A stretch of 64,000 nt of DNA from assembly GCA_905178155.1 (NCBI GenBank), contig CAJINV010000008.1, positions 2,356,001 through 2,420,000 on the forward strand, given 5' to 3'. The translations under genes and the position numbers were made by a program. The DNA is from Amoebophrya sp. A120. Lineage: Eukaryota; Protista; Dinoflagellata. Positions 38,584 to 50,370 of this stretch are shown here, one piece after another. Positions within the stretch are counted from its first letter, which is position 1. Each line of letters begins with the position of its first letter. The notes under the pieces are model-generated. The model ran no database searches, was not told the DNA's origin, and saw only the letters and a list, made by a program, of their open reading frames with translations.

Positions 38584-39592
38584 GTTTTTGCAAAATGTTA
38601 ATATCATGACGACATGTACAATCGTAAGTCGACGTAGTCGTAGCCCTAGCCGTAGGCTCTTCGAATGTCAAGTATGTGGAGATGGAAAATCTTCGCATTG
38701 ACCACTATCACGTAATTCTAATCCTATTGACAAAGAACATAGATTTGGGCCATCAAGAACGAAGGCGTCGAGATGCACATATTAAAGTGTCAGAGATTCC
38801 GTCCACTTCTATTTCGTTTCGAGAATATACCATTGCAAGCTCCAATTCGTTCCACCAGTGAGGAAACCGCGTATGTGTATGTCGTCGTAAAAATCGTATA
38901 CGTATTTGAATAACGTAAAAAACGTCGGGCTTAATGATACATAGTCTCACACCTGTCGCGAGGCTGTAGTCAGCTTCATCCGATACCTGTGACGAAATGC
39001 CAGAGCTCACTGCTCACGCAGTTGTCGAATTTCAACTTTTTTTCTTTGACCACGGACCCGTCCGGCACCGTAGCGGATGGGGATGCGCAGTGGTGCCTTG
39101 TGTGTAGACACGAAGTGAGTGTCAGTGTTCAGCGTTCGCATGCGATCGAGTTAGAGAGGAACGGAGAGTTAGTCTTACGCTTACCACTTAGGACGGAAAG
39201 GAAAGGAACGTGAACAGCAAAACCAAAAGATAGTCGCAATTTCGAAGTCGACTGATGAGCGCAAAGCCAAAGACGCCAAAAAACCTGACAACAAAAAGGC
39301 TGAGTTGACTTCAGGAGCGGAAAGATGCCGACAAAAAAAGTGCTTCGTAGTTTTTCGCGTCTATTCGTTGATCGCAAGACCCTGTTGCATTTTGTTTTGG
39401 CACAAATTCTGCTAGCGATTGCGAATGTGAGTACGAGTTTCGCCACGGGGTTTGTATTTCTCGCGACGGAATATCTGGGCCCGTTTTTTTGCGTCTCTGT
39501 TGTACTTCTTCCGTGCAGTACTTCATTCAAATTTGGTTAGAAATAAAACACCCCGCGCATCATATTAACATCGCGTCAAGAGCCGTCATCTG

Positions 39593-42500
39593 ATGCCTAC
39601 TGTCGCAAGTGGGCCAGGCGGGCCTCCGAACTTAGCGCGACCATCGGCATTCCAAAAAAAGGACGGCTTCTACGCGGGACAAAGCGTCGAGTACTACTCG
39701 AAAAGCGCGGGAGGTACCGACGCTAAATAAGCAGTTTGATGCATGAAACACTTCAAGGACTAGGTATTCATTGCACTAACCGTAACCGGCAGTGCCGGTT
39801 ACGGTTAGTGCAATGAATACCTCGATTTGTCAAAGTCCGTCGTGTTATAAAAATCAAAATTATCATGACGCACCAACTACAGGTAAGTGGATCGGGTGTG
39901 TAGTCCGGGAGGTCCAGACAGATGGCACGTTGGTTCTCAACTATCCCGACGGCACGATCCTGAAGGAGGGCGCGGATCCCAGCCAGGTGAGGAAAGTACC
40001 TGGTAATGGTAAGGACAACATCAGCGACAACATCCCGGCCGCTTCCCACCTCGGCGGCGGCAACAAAGTCGAGCCTATCGTCCTCGGCGGCAACAATGCT
40101 CCCGGTAATAAACCGAATCCGGGCGGCGGGGGTGCCGGTGGTGGAATTGGTGCCAGGCCGCGGAGAGAGAGCAACTTTGGCAACAATAACCTCGGAGGGA
40201 ACAACAATAACAACAATCGCCTCGGCGGGAACAACAACCCCTCGGGACCCTCGCGCGGCGGTGTGAACAACAACGGACCCGGCGCTGGTGCGAGAAGGCC
40301 AACGACCCACGCGGGAGGCGGAGGTGCGAACAACCGCGCCGGAAACCTCGGGGACAATAAACGGGGCCTGGATGAGACCTGGAATGCCCAGAAAGTGTAC
40401 GTCGGCGACCGGGCGAAAATTCGCGAAACGGGCCGGGCCGGAGACGTCATGTTCGTGGGGCGAATAAATTCCTTCGGGACGGGACTGGTATGATATAAAT
40501 GAACAAGAACCTAGAACGCCGGTCCTCTACTACGAAGATATTAACATTCGTATTATAAGCAAATGTACGAAATAAATAATTTTTCCAGGGGGCTCCTGCT
40601 GCAACAAGAACAACATACACGGCATTTGCCACATCCTAATCTGACCGCGTTCATGTCTTTCACTTCTTTGATCTAGGTGTACATGATTTAGACACTTGCA
40701 CTTGCTCACGTAGTTAACGCAGAACTCCATCAAACAATCTCCAACCAGGTCGTTGGCCTGAAACTGGACGAAAAGCGACGAACTTCTGAGTGCGACGGCC
40801 GACACGGATCGGAGCGCTACTTTCGGTGTCCGCCGGGCTACGGCGTGTTTCTCTCCATCGACGAAGTAGAGGTGTCGCAGAAGGGCACGGAGAAGGACTC
40901 GGCTGCGTCGCTGGAGAACTGTCGGATGGTGTTCGAGGCACCGGTTGGCGGTTCAGGAAACAACAATAAACAGGAGCTCGACCTGGAAAAGGAACTCGAA
41001 AAGTTTTACGACGCGGAAGGAATCAAGGCACAGCTCCGGCGCGTGAAGCGATGGGTCGAGGTAAGTTTTCCCAGTCGTCCTCTCTTTCGAACATTTATTT
41101 GAGTTTCCTAGAGAGGCATGTTGATGTTGAATGTTCATCTGTTCAGGGTTACTTATCACGAAGCAAAATGCATGAACTAGGTCCAGCGCAAGCGATCCGA
41201 GGCTGCCAACCAGCAGCAGGACGGAAGCAACGACATTGGCCTAAAGCCGTTGACCTTTCTCTTCCGCGGGCAGCTCGGCACGGGAAAAACGACTATCGCG
41301 AGGCACTTGACACACCTGCTCCGCGACTTGGGCGTGATCAACCGCGGCCAGTTGATAGAGACCTCGAGGAAGGAGCTCACCGCCAGCTACGGCGAAGGGG
41401 ACAAAACGGTTACGAAAGTCTGGAAGGTATCCTGAGTAAAAACGTACCCACACCAGAGTCAGAATGGGGATTTTGCAACACAAACCTAGGAGTTTTGTGA
41501 GTCACGCATGACAAGTTGCGCTCTGCAGTGTAGTGCAGGTTAGCAAGTGCAGCCGCGTCACAGATTCATCTGCTCATCCTGTTCACAGCATCACAAATTC
41601 CAAAACACGACTGGAAATGGCTCTCATGCGGATGCGCATTACAAGTCTTCCTGTCTTTGCAAATCTGCATTACAACTCTGGCGTGGGTACGTTTTTACTC
41701 AGGATAGAAGGCGGCACTGGGCGGCGTGCTCTTCATTGACGACATCGGCCAGGCGGCGGATGAGAAGGTACGGAAATAATTATTACTTTTCGCTGTAATA
41801 GTAATACGCACTACCACGGGTGCTGCAAATCGAAGCCAGCATTCGCACTTCTTGTTTCAAGGAAAAATCAAATAAAAATATTTGACGGTGCACGAGGCAT
41901 CCAAATCGATAATCGATAATGCTTGTTCTTATGCCTAAACTGCGTTACCTCACCTCCTGCACCTACAGAACGACCGCAGCGGCGGCCACACGCTCGAGGA
42001 AGCTTTGTACTCTATCATGAAGCACTGGGACCAAATTTCCCGCTCTTTCACAACTTGGCCCCAGCCGATGTGTCTGATTCTGAGCTACCCGCAGAACGCG
42101 TCTTTGCCGGAGCGACTGCAGCCGATACAGAACGAAGCGCGCAGCTTTGACTTCGACGACTACAACGAGGAGTGCATAGCGCACATCCTGGAGGCAAACA
42201 TCAAAGCGAGAAACTTCAGCTCCACAAACATAAAGTCGGAGTCGCTGCTAAAGTACGTTAAGCCTGATGCTGATTCTTGGTTTTTGATTTTTTTTGAAAG
42301 TAGGCATGAAGGCTGAAAAAAAACCAAGCAGAGCCAAAGATAGAACGCATCAACACTGGGCGAACGTAGACGAGGAAATAAATAGTGACTGCAAGAAATA
42401 AAATGATCAACGTCAACCACTACAGCGTCGTGCGCGGGGCCGTGGCGCGCGGGATGGGGCAAGAGTTTCCCAACGCGTTGCTTGCCGAGAAGTTGCTGAA

Positions 42501-45500
42501 TGATGCAATCCAGAAGCAAACGGAAAGGGTTTGGATGAAAGACACCATGAGCTGGGAGGGCTTGACCACCCTTTGCGAAGACGACTTTCTCACCGAGCAC
42601 AAGGGCCAACAAGAGCAAAGGGATGCACTTGGTAAGAAATGGACATGTTGTGCGGCATACTGATAGATGAGGCTTTTCAGTTGCGTTGACCCGCTTGGAT
42701 TCATCCAAGAAAGTCTCTACGTACAGGAATGAAATTTTCATACAGGCACTGTGTCTTCTTCGCTTTTTTTTGGAAGAATCTGGGGAAAAATCCCCAGATG
42801 CATTCGGCTTTAGTCGCGATATTTGCTTGCCGTTCCGTCGCGATCCACGTTCGAAAGTCTTTTCTTTTGATTTTCAACAAAAATTTTCGTAGGCGCCAAA
42901 AATGCAAGTTTCTCCTGCTGTTTTATGCCCAGATGCATTTTTTTGCAGCGGCGCATCTGGGGAGTTGTTGCACACCGTGCCATCGGTCTCTGGTTTTTGG
43001 CGGATTTTTTGTAATTTTGGTCAAAAAATGGCATTGCTTTGGCTTAAGAACAGACTCCGCTCCTGTCTAACTGCAAAATATATTGCTCCTTTTGGCTGAA
43101 TCTGGGGAGAAATCCCCAGTCCCTCCCCAGATGCGCTCAGCCACTTTCGGGATGCTTGCTTGCCATACCCTCGCGATTCACGATCGCAAGTCTTATGGTT
43201 CGACTTTCATGAAAAACTGGCGCGAGTACAAAAAAACCAAGTTTCTCATGGTGTTTCTTCCCCAGATGCAATTTTCGTTTGGGGCGCATCTGGGGAGATT
43301 TTTCACACCGTGCCGTCGGTCTTTGGCTTTTGGCGGATTTTTTGTAATTTTGGTCAAAAAGTGGCCTTTTTTTGGGGTGAAAACAGATTTCGCTCCTGTC
43401 TAGCTGCAAAAGATGTCGCTTCTTTTGGCTGAATCTGGGGAGAAATCCCCAGACCCTCCCCAGATGCGCTCAGCCACTTTCGGGATACTTGCTTTCCATA
43501 CCCCCGTGATTCACGATCGCAAGTCTTATGGTTCGACTTTCATGAAAAACTGGCGCGAATACAAAAAAAAACAAGTTTCTCATGGTGTTTCGTCCCCAGA
43601 TGCAATTTTCGTCTGGGGCGCATCTGGGGAGATTTTGCACACCGTGCCGTCGGTCTTTGGTTTTTGGCGGATTTTTTGTAATTTCGGTCAAAAAATGGCA
43701 TCGCTTTGGGTTGAGAACGGATTTCGCTCTTGTCTAGCTGCAAAAGATGTCGCTTCTTTTGGCTGAATCTGGGGAGAAATCCCCAGACTCTCCCCAGATG
43801 CGCTCAGCCACTTTCGGGATATTTGCTTGCCATACCCTCGTGATTCACGATCGCAAGTCTTATGGTTCGACTTTCATGAAAAACTGGCGCGAGTACAAAA
43901 AAAAACAAGTTTGTCATGGTGTTTCGTCCCCAGATCAACCTTTCGCAATTTTAACGAAAACGCAACACAGCGAAACTCGAAAAGATTGTTGGGCTTTCGG
44001 AAGTGAAGAGCTTCGTGAAATCTTTGCACGCGCAGTTGTCTGTGGAAATGCAGCGCAGACTAGCGGGCATTAATGCCGGGACCGCCAGTCACACCCTCCA
44101 CATGATCTTCACCGGTAGCCCGGGAACGGGAAAGACCACCGTTGCCCGTGTGATCGCGGAGTTGCTACGCTCGCTGGGTTATGCATTGCAAAAGTACCGC
44201 ATTAGGATTAGTATGAATCGCGACCCTTTTCATGCAGGCTCAGACAAAAAGAGAAAAAAGAAAAACGCATCTGTCATGCCGGCCTGCGATTTAGTACGAG
44301 TGCGACACTTTTGCAGGGGATATGGGTCTGTTGCGCAAGGGACACCTCATCGAAGCCGACCGGTCTAGCCTAGTCGCGGGCTACAGCGGACAGACGGCGC
44401 TGAAGACAAAAGTACTTACTTTATTTTTATGAACATCAAAAAGATATCCGACCGTGACTCTCTTGCGTGAAGCCTAAAAGACTGTTGTACTGCACAAGAA
44501 TACCAGCACTAGGAGCCAAGAGTCACTGGGTGTTGTAAAAAAAAACTATTGTTCTTTCCGCGGTCGTGCTCTTTCCCCCGTGCAGTTTCTTGCAGTTCTC
44601 CACTCACGTTGGTTTTGTTCCATTGTCAATATTCAGTTCTGGGCGGGCGTACTTACAAATTCTTTTTCTTCCGCAATCGGATCAGGCCGTCGTCGAGTCC
44701 GCGCTTGGTGGGGTGCTCTTCATCGACGAAGCGTATGCCTTGGTGCAGGGCGACGGGCGCGATTCCTTCGGGCATGAGGCCCTGGACACCCTGATCAAGA
44801 TGACCGAGGATCACCGGGGGAACTTGGTAGTCATCCTCTATCCTGAGTAAAAACGTCCCCACCCCAGAGTTGTCATGCAGATTTGCAATGACAGGAACAT
44901 TTGTGATGCGTATCCCCATGATAGGCATTTGCAATCGTGTTTTGGTATTTGTAATGCTGTAAACAGGATCAGCACATGGATTTGTAATGCGGCTGTCCTT
45001 TCCAACCTGCACTGCACTACGTACTGCAACTTGTCATGCGTGACTGCCAAAGCTTCTGGATTTGTGTTGCGAGAGCCCCATCTTGACTCTGGTGTGGGGA
45101 CGTTTTTACTTAGGATATCCTCGCGGGCTACATCAAGGAGATGCAGCGACTCCTGGACAGCAACCCGGGACTCTGCTCGCGGTTCCCGAACAAGCTGAAC
45201 TTCGAAAACTACACGCTGGACGAGATGTTTGAAATCGGGGAGTTATGGATTGCAAATATGTCTGGGTCTGGAAGAAGACAAACTTGTGATGCGCATTTCA
45301 GAACACAGAAAAATCTCTCATGCATAGGTAGCAAAAGCTGCCCCCCACTTTCTGTCACCAAAGTGGGGGACTTGTCATGCGGATTCGGCATTTTTGCGGA
45401 AGCTTCTCGAGACCTGTGATGCTAGAGCTTCCATGCCAGACCTTCTGCGTCATGCAAACACAGCATGACTCTTCCAGACCCAGACACTTTTACACTTGAT

Positions 45501-46137
45501 GGGAGTCCATGCTGCTCGCAGACAACTTGAAGCTCTACGGCGGGATCCAGGACAAGGCCGGACTCGCCTTTATGGGGTTCTCAAACGTTACATTCTCAAC
45601 TGTTACATGAATTTGTAATGCAAGAACGGCGAAAGTGAAAGGGGGAAGATTTATTTTGCGCCTTTTGCATTACAGACTTGGCACAGATTTAGATGCTGTT
45701 TAGCCCTTCGGATATTTGTGATGCGAAACAGCTTAATCACGACGATCTTAGTGGTAAAATTGCATGACAAATCATGTAACAGTTGAGAATGTAACAGTTG
45801 AAAACGCCATAGCCTTCAAGCAGAAGCTCCAGAGTCTCGGCGCGAACCACGGCAACGGCCGGAGCGTGCGCAACATACTGGAGGAAGCGAAGCGAAACAT
45901 GGCGGTGCGACTCACCATATGCATTGCAAAAGTATCGTACTCGTACTAATCGCATTTATGCATTAGCATTACAAATTCTATTGTTAAGGTAGATCCGCAT
46001 GACAAATTTTACTTCTCATGCTGAGGAAGTTTGTATTGCAACTTATACTAGTGCGAAACTTTTGCAGTTCATACACCACCATGAAGCGCCCAACGGCGAA
46101 CGACCTAGTCACGCTCACCGCCGACGATTTTCAGTAA
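39593..46137 (+). CDS. Tudor/SH3-like + Gly/Asn linker + CAP-Gly + two CbbX/CfxQ/SpoVK-type AAA+ ATPase domains
   Basis: CAP-Gly-like VGDR...FVG...GLKLD...DGRHGSERYFRCPPGYGVF. AAA1 has FRGQLGTGKT and VLFIDD. AAA2 has IVGLSEVK, HMIFTGSPGTGKT, LVAGYSGQTA, VLFIDEAYAL, SNPGLCSRF, GNGRSVRN and LTADDF*. Six introners plus GT-AG introns. Confidence 0.82.
41428..41706. mobile_element. Introner family C (279 bp)
   Basis: Direct repeat gaagg. TIR tatcctgagtaaaaacgtacccacaccagagt pairs with actctggcgtgggtacgtttttactcaggata. Confidence 0.93.
42776..43935. repeat. About 333-bp tandem repeat (about 3.5 copies) inside GT-AG intron 42632-43970
   Basis: gaatctgggga...aatccccag recurs at 42776, 43098, 43431 and 43765 (periods 322, 333, 334). 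The flanking exons join as RDALAKLEKIVGL. Confidence 0.9.
44180..44322. mobile_element. Introner, divergent family A
   Basis: Direct repeat tgggt. TAT...ATA ends. tgcaaaagt pairs with acttttgca. Removal gives SLGLLRKGHLIE. Confidence 0.9.
44839..45117. mobile_element. Introner family C (279 bp), reverse orientation relative to the 41428 copy
   Basis: Direct repeat tcctc and the same TIR. The internal sequence is the reverse complement of the 41428 element. Removal gives VVILAGY. Confidence 0.93.
45244..45501. mobile_element. Introner family B
   Basis: Direct repeat ggagt. TAT...ATG ends. tgtctgggtctggaaga pairs with tcttccagacccagaca. Confidence 0.9.
45571..45811. mobile_element. Introner (TIR gttacattctcaactgttacatga)
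   Basis: Direct repeat gcctt. TAT...ATA ends. gttacattctcaactgttacatga pairs with tcatgtaacagttgagaatgtaac. Confidence 0.92.
45918..46073. mobile_element. Introner family A
   Basis: Direct repeat cacca. TAT...ATA ends. Removal gives VRLTTMKRPTANDLVTLTADDFQ*. Confidence 0.92.
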
Positions 46138-47254
46138 GGCAGTCGTTTTCACCTACTGATTCTGGCCCATCTATCAGAAACAGAATGCTATTGTGCTTTC
46201 CTGGAATAAATCGATTGCCGGTTCGGTTCCAGGGCGGCTACTGATGCGATGCTGCCGTTGAACTCTGCCGCGCTCTAATCTTCTATAACTCTTGGTTTCG
46301 TTTTTATACTTGCTTTTGGTCTTGCTAATGATAAATCAATAGGCAGCATAAACTGAAGACGCTCATTGTGAACAGAGAACTTGAACTGTATCTGTAAGTA
46401 ACCAATTTACACCAGAACTGTATTATCGAATGAACTTTTCATCCTTCTAAAAGCACACTGAGTATTTTTGTACTTATTGGTCTGATGAAGATGATGTACA
46501 GCGAGAGGGAGAGCGACCGCGTCCTGCGCACGCCACGAAGGAGCGGGATGCGCAAGCGCTCCATATTCCTTTTGAACAGGTTTGCGTTTTATTTTGATGA
46601 CACTCACACTGTACTTTTTTCCCAGCAAAAACGATTGCACTGTGTCAGCCTACGAAGCCACCAAGAAATTGTACCTTAAAACGACAGACAGAGACACAGC
46701 AGACAGTAGAGTACGTCTATACTGATGAAACTTTTTCTTGACATTGTCAATTATAAGATTTTGCGATAAGCTTTTCCGTTCTGATCAATTAGCTATCGAC
46801 TCATCACTCAACGGCATTTTTCTTTGTGTTTTGAGGAGCAGACAAGCTGCTTGAAAAGAGGCCACCGCTGTCTCCCAGTGACGAAACGAAAGTGTGAACT
46901 TCATCTATGAACTTTTTTAGCCGCAGTGTTGCTCCTGCATGCGCCAGAAACGAAAAATTTTCAAACAAGCACAGAAACTGAAACAGTCGCGGCGGGCTCG
47001 CTTCTCGCAGTGACGTCATGGATTGCCATCCTGGTCCCGCAAGCGAATCAGAGATTTCATGAGAGCTGCCTCGAATCGTGTATCTTTCTATCTATCATGT
47101 TCTTTCTCAGCCCTAGCAAGAGCAAGCCTCAACACGGAGGATCTGTCAGCTTGGAGGTGGGTCATGGAGCCCCCGCCAAGTGTAAGTACCTTTCTGTGTT
47201 TTTCTTTGCCAGCTCTTTGAGGAACCGAAGAAGAACAAGATCACAACAGTTTTA

Positions 47255-49749
47255 GTGGCTTTGGCTGCACGAGCTCTCCCTCGCTTTGACCGCTCTATCA
47301 CGAGTGCTTCTGCCAAGAAACGATTCGGATCTTTGTCTCACCATCGTACTGCTGTTAGAGCGGCATCTACATTTTTTGCTCGGACTGCTCCTGCTGTGGG
47401 ATATTCTCTTTTTTTTTTGAGAACGTCTTTCGCAGACCTCTTGCGCCCCGGCCACGGAGCAGGAGCATGCAGTGCCAAAGGACTTTGCTACTGAGGCAGT
47501 CTTCTACACGTTTTTCCCTTGCCGTCTCGAACTACACCAATCGGGCCGGGTTCACGCCTTCAAGCTCCAGCTCCTCGCACGTTTATTCCAAGCCGAAAGG
47601 CAAGAGCACAGCTCGGGGCCTGTCTTCACCAGAAATAAAGCGCCTGGTGCCACTGACGCCAAAGAGCACAGATCATGACACGATACGTTTGTCCAGTAAC
47701 GACATCAAGGATGTTGCGGGCGGCCTGGCCAAGGGTTACTACAGCCCGTATTACGACCGTTCCGCAGCTAGCACCTACAACTTCGGCCGTCAACGCCGCT
47801 TTTTCGCCAGATGGCGACCTATGAAATGCAAATATGTCTGGGTCTGGAAGAATGCAAGACTTGTGATGCAGGTTTTCCATGACCCATGAGGTCTGGAATG
47901 CGAGACCCAGCATGACAGATTCTTTGAGGTCTCTATCATGCCTTTCCTGCATGAGAAACCCCCTCTCCACTTAGTCAAAAGCGGACAGCTTTTGGTACTA
48001 ACGCAACACAGATCTTTCCATCATTCAGATTTAGCATGACGAGTTCTAATCTTCCAGACCCAGACACTTTTGCAGTTGATGCGACCCTTCATCAAGCCAA
48101 TCAATGGTTCCATCGCGGAGGCGAAATATGGAAAGGACAAGCAGGACAAACGCGTCGCTGTATCCTACGAAAAAACTGTTTCACTGTGAACTTGTGATGC
48201 ATGGAATGGAACACAAAACTATTTTTCTTGCTACACATGCAAGACATTGGATTTTTAAGAGTGTTTTCCCTTGGGAAGTGCGCATGACAAATTTTCTGTG
48301 CCATGTGTAACAAACTTGTGATGCAGATCATGCAAAATCATCACAGTGAAACAGTTTTTTCCTGCGATACGCTGAGACGCTGCAGCAAACGGGGCTGGAA
48401 GACACGCAAAGAGAGCAGAAAGAGAAGGAGGATATGCAATGCAAAAGCATCGTACTAGTATAAATTGCATTACAAGTTTGCTCAGCATGACAAATGCAAT
48501 TTGTAATGCTGTTTTACGTTAGGAAGAAAATTTGTCATGCATATTTGCAATTAGGAATTAGTACGAGTACGATACTTTTGCAGTTCATAGAGGACCGGGA
48601 CAAGCAAATGGAGCTCATGTACACGCGCAAGACCGCTCTCCTCGGCAACACGCCCTACATGTCCCTCCGCTACGTCCAAGCCTTCCACGCCGGAAAACAG
48701 GCCGCAGCGCAGCAAATGACATCATCAAGCGAGGACCCTCTTCAGGGTCAACAGCCAGACCAAGAGCTTCTGACTGAGCCCATCCTCCTGCGGCTGCGCC
48801 TGGATGTGGATCTGACCCGCGAGGCGGTCCGGGGCACTTGCGTGCTCCCGTTTGGTCTGCAGACGAAGACGCGGCTCCTCGCGTTTTGCCCGGACCACCA
48901 AGCCGCGGAGATGCGGCAACTCGGGGCGGACTTCGCCGGCATTACGGACCTGATCAAGCGGATCGAGAAGGGCTGGCTCGGTTTCGACCGGTGCATCGCG
49001 ACGCAGGACATCATGAAGCGGGTGCTGCCGGTGGCGAAAATTCTCGGGCCGAAACGGCTGATGCCCAGCCCCCGGTCAGGCACGGTCGTGGAAGATTTGC
49101 GTTCCGCAATCAAGGAGACGAAGGGCGGAGGGCTGATCGAGTACCGCGCCGAGCAGTCGAAGGACGAGCACAACAAGTGCGAGGTGGAGATCACCGTGGG
49201 CGATACGACGTTTGCGAACCAGATATCAAGTGCAAAAATGTCTGGGTCTGGAAGAATGTATGTTTGTCATGCTTGTCTGGCATGACTCTCAAATCTGTCA
49301 TGCACGTTACCCAAGAGCTCCATTTTTCTGTGATGCAGAAACGCAGTTTGTCATGCAGAATAGGCAACACCTAGAAGCTCAGAAGCTTGTCATGCTGAGC
49401 CAGCACTTGTGGCCTCATCATGAAACGCCACCCAGCATCACAAGTTTCCAGACCCAGACATATTTCCACTGGATGCCAGATGGTCCTGGACAATGTGAAA
49501 TTTTTCGTCGCGCATTTGCTGAAGAACCGGATGAAGATCGGGAACAAAATCACAAAGATCGGCGGGAACGGCAGCGGCACCGGAGGGACCAACATGATCA
49601 AAGACGTGCGGAAAAACGATGGTGCGAGTGCTGGCAAGAAAACGTCGGCACTGTACATCACACGGGCTCATATCAAAACGGCAACCGGCCCGATAGTGAT
49701 TTTGAAGCCGGAGGACGTGCTGCCAAGTAGCAGCGGGTATTTCAGATAG
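47255..49749 (+). CDS. Bacterial-type (probably mitochondrial) ribosomal protein uL1 with N-terminal extension (start uncertain)
   Basis: VRGTCVLPFG, GADFAG, FDRCIAT, ILGPKRLMPSPRSGTV and HIKTATGP are L1 signatures. The Arg/Ser/Ala-rich N-terminus resembles a transit peptide. Four introners must be removed. Confidence 0.85.
47820..48081. mobile_element. Introner family B
   Basis: Direct repeat cgacc. TAT...ATG ends. Family B TIR. Confidence 0.92.
48161..48369. mobile_element. Introner (TIR gaaaaaactgtttcactgtga)
   Basis: Direct repeat cgctg. TAT...ATA ends. gaaaaaactgtttcactgtga pairs with tcacagtgaaacagttttttc. Confidence 0.92.
48433..48589. mobile_element. Introner family A, reverse orientation
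   Basis: Direct repeat gagga. It starts with the ...gtactagta end and finishes with gtacgagtacgatacttttgca, so it is inverted relative to the 38325 and 45918 copies. Confidence 0.9.
49224..49475. mobile_element. Introner family B, reverse orientation relative to the 29976 copy
   Basis: Direct repeat ccaga. TAT...ATG ends. Internal sequence matches the reverse complement of the 29976 element. Removal gives FANQMVLDN. Confidence 0.92.
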
Positions 49750-50370
49750 GGTTTAGTGGCAACACTGACGATACCGCTCTGCATCATGCAACGTGTGGAG
49801 GTATCTTCTGACGAATATTTATCATAGATAAGGAAAATGCGTCATACCGTCCACGGTGCGAGCTGTTCTGTCGTGTGCTTGGCGTCAGTTGTTGTTATTT
49901 GGCACACCAGGTGGAGGCTTGAGCCCTGCCGTTTCCATTTTGCGTCTAGCCCCTCGTCTACCAAGATATTTTTCACTTTTGAATGTGACTACGTTACTTT
50001 TTTTTTGTCACAACTCGAGAAGGATGCTACTACATTTCCATCCGATATCGACTTCTAGATATCTAATCCACACTTCTGGATCCACTCTTCATTCGGTTCT
50101 GAATAAATGAACTCTTGATCTGATAGGACAAAGTCGGTTGTTGTATTTGTTCAATATCAATTTCAATGTATTGCGTTATTTTTCTAGTACGGCAGTGAGT
50201 GTTGAAAGTAGAATAGCACCGCTGCGGCAATTTGTCATCTTTTATCTGAATTTTCGCTTATTTTCGGTTTCCCCCTAGAGCTAGACTCTTTCTGTTTCTC
50301 AGCCTCAAAAGATTCTTCGAGCCACCTCTTCTGTTCCTTGCATACTTCCATTTCTGGACCCATCTTCAAA

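Noticed and set aside
42729-43935. Repeated ORFs beginning MSLLLAESGEKSP
   Set aside because: They are translations of the intronic 333-bp repeat. The AAA exons join cleanly across it.
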